Shown in pieces: positions 1-11,299 of a stretch of 64,000 bases of DNA. A model generated the notes under the pieces. That model was not told the origin of the DNA. It did not search any database and worked only from the letters and a program-made list of their open reading frames with translations. The position numbers were made by a program, and so were the translations under genes. The stretch comes from Thalia democratica (Eukaryota): NCBI GenBank assembly GCA_965202585.1, contig OZ241833.1, positions 52,886,001 to 52,950,000 on the forward strand. The letters run 5' to 3'. Every line of letters starts with the position of its first letter. Position 1 is the stretch's first letter.

Positions 1-847
1 TTATACCGGTCATGACCGAATTACTAGTGATTTAACATTTATTAAGAAGTTTATAAGTCAAATAAATGTGTTGAAAGTGGTTGCTGGTAGTTTAAATTCA
101 AACGACATGAAAAAAATAAGAAACACATTATCAAACTCAAATATTAAAGTTAGTTTTGTTGCCTGAATATTATTTTTCCAAATCGTATCATGTTGTATGA
201 CAGTAAAAATAAAAAAATAAAATTTTCAAAAAAAATTGTGTCAAAAGTTTTATAATAATCTTCTGTTGACTCTAATTATAAATTGTAAAAACGAGTCGAT
301 ATTTTTAAAGAAATAATATATAAAAGTTTAAATAAGTTAAAATAGACTTCAAGTTGATTTTATGAGTTTATGTTAATGAGTACAATAAAAAACTTCTATT
401 TTAAACAAACAGGTTGAATACTTGCGACTATGGAAGGTAGAAAAATACGATGAAGAATTTTTTACAAAATTGTTTGATGTCACAAATAAAATCGAAATTA
501 GAAAAATTCGTTTTGAGTTGTATGAATTTCTTACTTACGAAAATAGGAAAAATATTTGTGCAAAACTTTATAGGAAAATCAGAAGCTTAGAAACACAAAA
601 TATAACTTCTAATGAAGTTAGTTGTTTTATTTATTCTTTTATAACTAAACTATTAGTATTTGTTTGCGAACTAAAATAACTTTTACCACAAGCTCACTGC
701 ACTTTTGTTTTAATTTAATCTAAATTACAGATTACAATTGAAGTACAAGCTGAAATACAATATAAATGTGAAATAATACTTGAAGCAAAATTAATAAAAG
801 GACGACCACCAATATTTACTAATCGGTTTGTTTATAATATCTATTAA
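1..847 (+). CDS. 3' end of NLR-like gene 0 (exons <1-148, 413-616, 731-847)
   Basis: Exons homologous to the terminal exons of genes 1 and 2: ..RITSDLTFIKKF..SNIK|gttagt; ag|VEYLRLWKVEKYDEE..ITSNE|gttagt (204 nt); ag|ITIEVQAEIQ..RFVYNIY* (117 nt). Canonical AG/GT sites with consistent phases. Confidence 0.85.
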
Positions 848-849
848 GT

Positions 850-3800
850 TTACTTCTGTTAAACACTTAAATAAATTTTATTAACTAATATTCATATTTA
901 TTTTGTTTTGATTATTTACTAATCAGTTTTTTATATATTAATCAAACTCAACTTATGCATATTAAATCAAAAAAACAACTAGCTTTTAAAAAGCTCTCAT
1001 ATCTTCAAGATTAGATGTAAATATGAAAAATATGTAAAAAATGGGTGTATAAAGAATTTCCTAAACTGCTTGGCAGAATTTCACCTTTTTCAGAAACTGA
1101 AAAATACCACCCCCAAACCGCAGAATATCTATTGTCATTGTCTAAAATATCCATTGTTAGTGTCAAATATGAAATGTATCCCCCTTATTTCATTTTTACT
1201 AGTCACCCCCTCCCCTTTAATTTCTCAAGATATGTAACTTTTATTTTTATTTTAACAAGATGAGTAATGTATTAAATTTAGTGTTTATTAACTAAATGTT
1301 TACTAAAAAACCCAGTAAATTTTATTTCATTGTTTTATTTTTAATCGCTGCAAACAAAAACAATTAACTTCAAAAATTATCATAAATCAAATAAGTTACT
1401 TATTATATCCAAATTAAATAACAAAATAGAAACCTTGTTCACTAAAAACTTGTTCTAATTTTGCAAATTATTTTTTCAATCTAAATATCAATTATTTTTT
1501 GTCACATAATTTAAACAGGAGATATGGTCGCAAATGTGCTATTCAATGAAAACTTTCCAATAACTTCTGAAAACGTTGTAAGAGAATTCGCTGTTTATTT
1601 TAATTTCTTTCAAAACAACATTTTAATTAAGTTATTGAGCTTCATTTATAAAAGATATAACAAACTTTTGTTGTAACTAATATTTCTTTAGAATAGAACG
1701 AAAAAGTTATAAAATTATAATGTTATAAAAAATCTATTAAGTTCGTTCTAGTATCTACATTTCTACTACGTGATGCAACTTATACATAAAAAATAATTAT
1801 TACTTTATATTTATATGAACTAAAACGAAAACTATGACAACTTTGATTGTTGTAAACTTGTATTAACTTTTATACTTTACCTTATTTAGATAATATTACA
1901 ATTTTGTTCTTTTGTCTTACTAAAACTTACATAAATCCGTTTAAACAAAAAAAAAACTAAACACTTTAATATTAGTTTGTTTTTTCACGTGTTTTTATTG
2001 TTTCATATACAGTTTCCTACAGATTTTTAAACTAAAATAAACTGTTATCAACTTTTTGTATGTAGACTTCGCTTTTAGTTCTTTGATTTTGAATTTTTGA
2101 TATTGAAATCAAATGTTTAATTTTAAGCACCTAAACTTCAACTTGTAATAGAAAATCTACAATTTACTTACAGCAAAAAAGAAAGTTAATGCCAAATTAA
2201 ATATTTATTAACTTATTGTTACAATTATTACTGTAGTGTGTCAAAACAAATGAACAACTTTTTTTAATTTTTCTGTACAAGCATATACACTTTTTAAAAA
2301 TACTTTGAAGTCTTGTAAGACTTTTTTGCTCTTCCATTAATATGTAGAATCTTTTATTTTTTAATGAGCTTAAAATAGTTTTTTTCTTAGTTTTTATTTT
2401 AAATTTTGTTATATTTAAAGTTTAATCAAAGATTTAGTTAAAATTATTTTGTATGCTTAGTTTTGATATATATATTTTATTAATTTTAAATGTAAATATC
2501 AACACAAGTATAAACTTTTTTAAACTATTTCAATTTTAAAACGGTATGTACAAAATAAGGATTTACTTAAGTACTATATCTTCTCTAAACAATTAAATTA
2601 TAATAACGACTTAAAGCTTTGTATTGTTACTTTTTTCATTTTAGTTCTTAATAAAATTTAATTTAAAAATTTTTAACATTTGTAGTAACATTTTTCTAGA
2701 AGTTAAAAACTTGCTTTAACAATTAAAAAACATAAATGTTGTTTTGAATAAGTTTTTGGTGAAATGGGTTAATATATCTAAAACTATAGATTTTAACTAC
2801 AATTTTAAGATAATCCTAACTTTTTAAGACAATTGTTAATATAAGTAAGAGAATGGTTGTTTTGAATTCTTAGTACTCAGTTGTTTACTCTAGTCTAGTG
2901 TATACTTTAATTTGTTAAAAAAAACGTTGAATTTTAAAAGTGGGTTTTAGTTTTCATTTTAGGGATTTTATGTTTTATTATAAGCTCTTCTTACATCTTA
3001 ATGTTTTTAAAAGCTCAGCAAAACACCCAGTAATACTTTTTTGTTTTCATCACAGTTTAAATTTATTCACTTTGTTATTTTTAAACTTTCAAAGTGTAAC
3101 TTAAAGTATAATGTTTGAAAATAAAAGATAAATCTTTAAATATAGCTAGAACTATTTAAAATCTAGCTTGTTTAAACACACTATTGTTAAGTTTTGAAGA
3201 GTGAAAAATAACCTAATAAGCTACATAAATAATTAAGCATAAAAAAATTTGAAACCCAACTAAAAAAAATATACTTTCTAATCAAACGCATTCAAAACAA
3301 TACTTAAAGCTTGTATTTAAAATTATAAAAAGTCTATAGTTTCGGAAAAAAAGTTTAAAATACAACTGTAAAATTTCCTTTCAAAAGTTTCAAAGAAAGA
3401 TTAATTTTAAATTAATAAAACTCAAATAATCTGTTATTTTTTGTAGGTAAGTACTAAAATTAAATGTATAGTTTTAAAATAAAAAATTAGGTCATAAAAT
3501 ATTTAAAGAAAATTTCTGTAAGTAACCTAATTTAAAATTATAGTCTAGTTAACATTATAAAATATTTAAACTAACTCTAAATATATCAAAACAAATATTT
3601 CATTTTTAAATCTCATCATTTTTATTTTTAAAACTACTTTTTAAATAGGGGTGTGCAAATTAAATATTTTATTAACGACCCGGTTTCGATGACAAAAAAA
3701 TGCGACCTCTACAGGTAAAATAAAATAGTAAACTGCACATAATAATGTTGATTACTTATAATGTAATTGAAAAATTTATTCATGCGTTAACAATCTAAAC

Positions 3801-6800
3801 AAAAACTAAAATGTTACACATTCGAAAATCCAAGCTTGTCAGAGTATAATAAGGTAAAATTGATGCTATTTTTAAAATAAATTGAAATTAATTACTATAA
3901 TTAGTCAAAAAAAAACTCAATTAAAAGCTTTTCTTTTTAAAGCTTAAAGGTATTTATACCTTGAAATTAATCTAGATGGAATAAAAAGCTATCTAAAATT
4001 AGAACTTTTAAGCAAAACATTAACAAAACTCAAAGTCACTGAAAACTTCTAAATCTAATTTGTATTAAATTAATGTAACAGTCGAAATTTAAACGGATTT
4101 ATGAACTTTCTAAAAAAAATTCTAAAAATTTATCTAAGTTGAATTTAGAACTATCTAAAAATTTTAATTTAAACCAAATGACAACAAAAACTCAATGGAA
4201 TAGTCAAAAAATCTATTTTGTACTAGTATTATAATCTGATTTAAGTTTTGTCTACTTTCCAGTTTATTAATAAAATTTTGTTTCTGTGTCTGCATGATTT
4301 CATTAATTCCGTTCTTTTGTTGATGTAATTTGTACCGGACTCAAGTATAGATAAAGCTTCTTTTAAGCACAATCTGCATGTCATTGTTCCTGGTTTAGAT
4401 TTTTTTCTATTTTAGTATTTTCCAACTTATTTTGTAGCTCTTTTTTTTCTTTTTTTAACTTGTAGGTTAGTTTGAAAGTTCCGTTGCTTATTTGTACTGG
4501 AGGTAATTTTTTTCGTTTGGTTTGCTTTTTATTGTTGTATTATTTGTTGATATACGTTTCTTTAGCTGATTGGCGCTTAGTCCAATGTATGTTTTTGATG
4601 AATTGTCTGTTTTTATTGTTGCCTGTTAAATTACATTACTGCCCTACATTCTCCTCCTTCCAGGGCGCATGTTTGTTTCTTTCTGCAGTTGCCTGATTCA
4701 TCTTTGTTTTCTTTATTGTTGTGTTTTTTTTTATTGTTTCAATGTTCGTCATGCAGCTGTAGCTTAATTTTATATTGTTTTTGTTGAAATATTTTCTAAC
4801 TTACTGTTTTCTCCAAAGTGTTTGTTTATTATTTTACTTATGTTTGTTAGAAACTTTTTACCTATGTTTGTTTTTTACAGATTTGCAATATGGGGGATTG
4901 AACCATTTAATTTTTCTTTTTCTATTTCTGTTTTTGTTTTTGCATTCTTCTGTATAGTTAATTTCATAATTGTATCTGTTTGTTTTTAAAGCATCATTAT
5001 AGTTCTTTTCAACCTACTGAACCATACATTTTACCCACACAGCAAAGACAACAACAAAAAAAGTTACATAAATTCAAAATCAAACCATCCACCAACCATA
5101 CTCAAACAAATCCCAAAAATGGTAGGTCTTTCTAATAATTCAAGTAATAAAAACCTGTTCAACAACATAAATACTTTACTTGAACTTAATGCTTAACTAT
5201 TGCGGGTTCGTACCTTTACGTGGGTTCGTACCTTTTTTAGTTCGTTCTTTGTGCAAACAAAAGAACCCTCATTTAAAAGTGCCCCCTTGTGCAAAAGTGA
5301 TTCGTTCCCTAATTATTTTATTAGTTAAAGATTTCTTTTTATGTAGGGCTGATAGTTCGTTCGTTATTAATATTTTCTTACATGTAAGGTGTTCTTACTA
5401 ATAAATTTTCTAATTATTAAGTTATATTGTTATTATAATGTTTTCATCAGCAGTTTCGAACAAAACTTTTTTATCAAAAATCAAAAGTTCTATTTACAAA
5501 AAATATTAATGAGCTGATAAGGTTAAACGACTGTATATTTTAGTAAAAAAATATTTTTTACATATTGTTCATAATTCGTTTTAATTTATTCTAAATCATA
5601 TAAGTTAGTTCTTTTAATTTCAAAATTACTTTCAATTGCTAAATCGTTTCGTTTATTATTTTTTCTTTTCATTATTTTTCTGTTCAAGCCCTTTTGTGAC
5701 CAAAAAAAAAAATCTTATAATCAATAAATTTTGTAAAAGTTGTGAATAGTAATTATTAGATAAATATTTTAAACATGACATGTTTACTTTAATAATTATT
5801 CAAGTAAAACTGATAAAGATGCTTAAAACATAAAATTACTCAATATTGCTTCAAACATAGCAAAAAACAATCTACAATTTTAAAAAGTTATATTTATTAC
5901 ATTACTTTCTAACAATACTTTTTATCAGCGCTATTACTTTCAAAAAAAAAAGTTTAACTTATTATTAAAAAAGTTAGTTAAATGTAGTAGAATATTTTAA
6001 AATTGGTTAGTAAACCATAAAATTCAAAATAAATTCATAAACCTATTAGATTGTTCACCAAATACAAATAAAAGTTTTGTAAACGATCGCAAATTTGCTT
6101 ATTAAAAGAGTTAAACGATGAAATCAGTCACGCAGAACGAATTCGGTTTCGCAGCAACAGTTTGTTATTGGATTTTTTTTAAAGTAATTAAATAATTTTT
6201 AGCTAGCTTTAGTTTGATGTGTAGTAAAATAACCTTAATCAAATTATTAATATAGTTTTAAACGTATTTATATATTAAACAACAAATTTAATTTAAAATT
6301 TTATTAGCCTTGCCTAAGGGTACAAACTGCAGCCCGCAAAACAAAATTATGCGGCCCACGAGGACTTTGTTAGGTAAAACCATACGTTTTTTAAACAATA
6401 AAAAAAGTTTTTGAGATAAAAACTTTCGTTTTTGATATAAAAACTTTTAATAAAGCGTTTTATAATTACTGCTTAACTTAAGAAACTTAAAGTTGAAAAT
6501 TAATTACAGCAATCACTTTATAACAACTGCGATCCGCAGAAAGCTTTCAAACTATTCATCAGCGAACATTATTCTCTAGAAAATTTTGCCTGCAACTTTT
6601 AAGATTTATCTCTTTCAAGTGCGTATGAAATGAGATTAAAATAGTTTGTTCTGTCAGATCATTTTAGCTAACAACCTCTATTGGTTTTCTCAAAAGTTTC
6701 TATATTATCTCAGTTAAGTCACACAACATTGAATTTTTTTGTACAAACATTTTCGAAATACTTTAGGTAAGTATTTTATTCGTTAAACCATTAAATTTGA

Positions 6801-7210
6801 TAATAAATTTTATAAGCTTTATACTGTAAATTAACATTTATACAAACTTTCTAGCTATCAAGGCTTTACAATTTTCATCTTAAAAAAAAACAATTAAACT
6901 TGAAAAAGTTTGTTAAACTTATTCTAAACTATACTTGTATCATCCTTTTTTTTAATTTATCTTTTTTTTGAAAAGTATTAGTATGAAATACTGATACTAT
7001 TCAAAATCATATTAATACTTTTCAAATAAAAAATACACTAGTCTGCTTAACTCATTTAAAAGAAGAAAAAAATGCTTTATAGCAAAGATAAAATTAAAAG
7101 TAATACTTTCTTTGATTATCTAATGTTCGAAAAGTAACAAAAAAAATGTAATTTTTGTTTATTAATCTTTAATTTTTACATTAAGTGTAGTTCTAAATTT
7201 CTAAACTATT
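850..7210 (+). repeat. Direct segmental duplication, copy A (3' flank of gene 0); copy B at ~27850-34200
   Basis: Collinear near-identical sequence at an offset of ~27 kb (e.g. 1040-1100 vs 28020-28080, 3648 vs 30665, 6118 vs 33128, 7100-7200 vs 34100-34190). Confidence 0.95.
4241..5175 (-). mobile_element. Decayed Penelope-like retroelement fragment (RT C-terminus plus GIY-YIG endonuclease) with an inverted 5' segment
   Basis: Minus strand translates with stops and frameshifts to YNDALK..RKRKIKWFNPPYCKSVK.TNIGKKFL..CRKKQTCALEG..TYIG..ATELSK..CRLCLKEALSIL..NKRTELMKSCRHRNKILL, motifs typical of GIY-YIG Penelope-like elements. 5005-5175 reads on + as FNLLNHTFYP..YINSKSNHPPTILKQIPKM..NLFNN. Confidence 0.85.
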
Positions 7211-7979
7211 TAACTTTGTCTGGTATAACTTTATAGTTAATTAAGTAATAACATTGTTTTTATTCATAAACTTTATTGAAATTTAAAAAAGTTATATTTA
7301 TGACAATACTTTCCAATAGTCTTATTGTTTCAAAAAAATATAAGTTTAACTTATTATTAAAAGAGTTATTTATATTTAGTAGAGTAATCTAAAATAGGTT
7401 AGTAAAACATGCAATTAAAAAAAAAATAACTTTTCTACTAGATTGTTGACTAAATACAAATAAAAGTTTTGTAAACGATCGCAAGTTTGCTTATTGAGTG
7501 AGTTCAACGATGAAATCAGTCACGCAGAACGAATTCGGTTTCGCAGCAACAGTTTGTTATTGTTTTTTTTAAGCAACTAAATAATTGTTAGAATGCTTTA
7601 GTTTGATGTCTAGTAAAATAAGATACACAAAATAATTGTTTTAGTTTTAAGGGTATTTATATATTTAAACAACCGATTTAATGTAAAATTTTATTAGCCT
7701 AGCCCAAGGGTACAAACTGCAGCCCGCGAAACAAAAGAATACGGCCGACGAGGTATTTTTTAGCTAAAACTTTACGTTTTTTAAACAATAAAAAAAAATG
7801 TTTGAGATGTTAGACATTTAGTTATTTGAGAAACTTAAAGTTAAAAATTAATTACAGCAATCACTTTATAACAACTGCTACCCGCAGAAGGCTTTTACAA
7901 CTATTTATCAGCGAACATTATTCTCTAGAAAAATCTTGCCTGCAATTTTAAAGAGTTATCTCTTTCAAGGAGAGCGGGT

Positions 7980-8385
7980 CAGAATGACACAGCGACAAAA
8001 TGACACGGTCGTCAAATAGACACGGTACGTCACTTTGACACATCGACAAAATGACACGGTGCGTCGCTTTGGCACAGCGACAAAATGACACGGTGCGTCA
8101 CTTTGACACATCGACAAAATGACACGGTGCGTCACTTTGACACATCGACAAAATGACACGGTGCGTCACTTTGGCACAGCGACAAAATGACACGGTGCGT
8201 CACTTTGGCACGGAGGGTCACTTTGGCTCAGCGACAAAACGACACGGTGCGTCACTTTGGCACGGAGGGTCACTTTGGCACAGCGACAAAACGACACGGT
8301 GCGTCACTTTGGCGCGGAGGGTCACTTTGGCGCAGCGACAAAATGACACGGAGGGTCACTTTAGCACAGCGACAAAATGACACGG
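7980..8385 (+). repeat. Left arm minisatellite, ~34-bp unit GACACGGTGCGTCACTTTGGCACAGCGACAAAAT with 17-bp sub-units
   Basis: Directly visible tandem copies with no unique spacers. Confidence 0.95.
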
Positions 8386-9909
8386 TGGTTAATAAATGAG
8401 GGAACGATTGTTGTGAAACTTCAATCTTCATTGGTATGAACAACGATCTTATTTTTCTAGAAAACTTTTCGGTTTCCTGTCTTCTAACCGGTTTTGTAGA
8501 ATCAGCAACAATCACATTGATTAAGTTTAAAAACAAATACCGCAGGAATTTTTGACTGTAACTTCATAAAATAAAGTGAAACACGTAATGTTTATACCTC
8601 CTATTGTCCATTGTCGTACTTATAAACAACATACTCATTTTTAAGCAGTAGCAAGGTATTAGGTGTGCTTAAAAGCTGTGCTTAATAAACGACAAATAGT
8701 TACTTGTATCAAACAACGTTCACAAAGATGCAAAGGCAGCAACTTTTTTAACAAAATACGACTGCCAAAATTGAAGGGAATTTATTTTTGATTTCTTTCG
8801 AATGGAAAAACTTAAACACAATTTTGTACTAGAACTTGATACGAGTAATAAAATTTAGAGAATGACTTGCCAATTTACGACTAGAAAGATAAAAACTCAT
8901 ATAAACATATTCTTTAAACTTCAGCAACATTCTGATTTAAAAAATACAATTTACATTTTAGATTAATCATTCAGCACATCTAAACAATAAACTGGTAGAT
9001 GTAAACACAGAGGAAAATTGGTTTTATAAACTAAAACTCAGACGTTATCAAAAACAAATTTTCTGCTGTTATAATTATAAATTCTAATGCGGTTCGTATT
9101 TTACGTTTTTATGCTTAAAAAAAGTAATACTTGCGCTATTTTGGCGACTTAATAGGTTGCAATTTTGAACTGAAATGATGCGTTCCCTTTACCGTTTATT
9201 TTAATTATTTGCTTTTAGACAAGTTTATTATACATTTTCAATACAGAGTTTTAAGTAAACATCCTAACTTATTAACTTTTGTTGAATATTTTTTCGTATA
9301 ATTTTGGAAATTTAGGACTTTACAATAAAAAAAAAAAATTTTAACTGCTCGTAATAGATTGTTAAAGCATGTGATTTACGACTCGATAACTGAAATGTTC
9401 TTTGGTATAACTTTTGAGCGATAACCTTTTGTCGTTTAAAAAACAGTAATAAAAAAAACTTCTAAGTTAAAATGTTAAACATATCAAATATAACTGGCTA
9501 GTTACTACAAAAGCAGCCTAACTCTATATTTTTAAAAACTAGAGTTAAAACACGCATGACTTATTCTTACAACGAAATAACTCTGTATCAAATTAAATCT
9601 TAGTTATTTTTCATAACAATTCCTGATAATAATTAATTAAACGTTTAACAAAAAGTACTAAATTTTAATCATTACATAAATATGAAAAGTCGTGAAACGT
9701 AAAAAATAAAACTTAAGAATATTTTTGTTTTTATATTATGACTTAAATTTTAAAGCATTTTATCATGCATAGTTACAAATGTATCAAGCTACTATAGTTT
9801 GGAAAAAATATAATAAATATTTTGTTTAACTAGTTATTATTAAAATATTACAATTGAAAGTTATATTACTAAAGAACTTTAGTTTTGCTTATAAGTTTGT
9901 TAATCCATG

Positions 9910-10280
9910 CTATAGTGACGCACCGTGCCTAAGTAACGCACCGTGTCATTTTGTCGCTGTGCCAAAGTGACCCTCCGTACCAAAGTGACGCACCGTGTCG
10001 TTTTGTCGCTGTGCCAAAGTGACCCTCTAAGCCAAAGTGACGAACCATGTCATTTTTTCGTCGTGCCAAAGTGACCCTCCGTGCCAAAGTAACGCACCGT
10101 GTCATTTTGTCGCTGTGCCAAAGTGACGTACCGTGTCATTTTATCGCTGTGCCAAAGTGACCCTCTGTGCCAAAGTGACGCACCGTGTCATTTTGTCGCC
10201 GTGCCAAAGTGACCCTCCGTGTCAAAGTGACGTACCGTTCCAAAGTGACGCAACGTGTCATTTTGTCGCTATGTCATTCT
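9910..10280 (-). repeat. Right arm minisatellite, reverse complement of 7980-8385
   Basis: Units ATTTTGTCGCTGTGCCAAAGTGACGCACCGTGTC. Confidence 0.95.
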
Positions 10281-11299
10281 GACACCCACCCCTTTCAAGT
10301 GTGTATGAAATAGATTGAATAGTTAGTTCTATCATATATTTTTAGCTGACAACCTTTGTTAGTTTTACCAAAAGTTTCTATATTTTCATAATAATGTCAC
10401 AAAACTTGAATTAGTTTTACAAAACATTTCAATATACATTAGTTAACCATTTTTATTCGTCAAACTATTAATTTTGATAGTAAATTTGATAAGCTTTATA
10501 CTGAAAATAAATCAACATTTATACAAACATTCTAGCTATCAAGGCTTTACAATTCTCATCTTAAATAGAAAAATCAATTAAACTTGAAGAAGTTTGTTAA
10601 ACTTATTCTGAACTACACTGTATCATCCTTATTTTATTAAGTATTAGTATAAAACACTGATACTAATCAAAATCAGTGTTCTATACTAATACTTTTCAAA
10701 TAAAAAATACACTAGTCTGCTTAACTCATTTTAACAAAAACAAAAAAGTTTTATAGCACAGATAAAGTAAAAGTAATACTTTCTTGATTATCTAAAGGTA
10801 AAAAATTAATAAAAAAAAATGTATTTTTTGTTTGTTAAGCCTAAATTTTTACATTAAGTGTAGTTCTAAATCTATTAACTATTTTACTTTGTTTAATGAA
10901 AGTTAATAGTAGTTTAAATTATAAAAAGATCAATTGAATTGTCTAAATCGTTTTAAATGACATGACTATGCATTAAAATGTTTTACGTAATAGTTTAACA
11001 TTTATAAGTTATGATTGGTGTTACAACTATTTCTTAAATTATTTTTCAACAAAAGCTTCAAGATTTTCAAATTAAAAATAATTTAGTCTTACAATAAATT
11101 AAAATTTTGATTAAAAATATAGTTTTTAACAGGATAAAAAATGCAGCAAAGTTTTAAAGATAATTAAAAACTTAATACAGTTTTTAAACGTGGTTAATTT
11201 ATTATGTTTATAGATTTAGTAACTTTTTTTTTAAATCACAACATAAAATAACAAAAAAAAGATATTGTGTAATACAAAGATATAATTTTTGTGAACTTT

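Larger units (their letters stand above)
7970..10291. mobile_element. Foldback-type non-autonomous DNA transposon, 2322 bp, with long inverted arms made of tandem repeats
   Basis: TSD CTTTCAAG at 7962-7969 and 10292-10299. Termini GAGAGCGG-GTCAGAATGACA / GGGTGGGTGTCAGAATGACA (reverse complement). The empty site (CTTTCAAGTGCGTATG) is present at ~6610 and ~33600. Confidence 0.85.
5895..10880 (+). repeat. Tandem duplication of a ~1.4 kb unit (5895-7295; 7296-7969 plus 10292-10880); third copy at ~32900-34200
   Basis: Repeated blocks such as GATGAAATCAGTCACGCAGAACGAATTCGG (6118, 7510, 33128) and CATCAGCGAACATTATTCTCTAGAAA. The second copy is interrupted by the 7970-10291 insertion. Confidence 0.9.

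Noticed and set aside
4472-4957. Hydrophobic + strand ORFs (also 31785-31967)
   Set aside because: They are antisense shadows of the Lys/Asn-rich Penelope-like ORF.
5192-5240. GGGTTCGTACCTT twice, resembling a tRNA B-box (also at ~32210)
   Set aside because: There is no A-box or cloverleaf; it is a short direct repeat only.
6310-6600. hAT-like remnant (AAGGGTACAAACTGCAGCCCGC..GCGGCCC) in the 1.4 kb unit
   Set aside because: TIRs and TSD could not be delimited, so it is not listed as a feature.
7965-8536. ORFs 7965-8159, 8153-8380, 8187-8399 and 8270-8536
   Set aside because: They are translations of the minisatellite arm, repetitive and without coding support.
7980-10280. CRISPR-like appearance of the ~34-bp repeats
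   Set aside because: There are no unique spacers; the units are directly tandem and form the two inverted arms of a transposon in a eukaryotic context.
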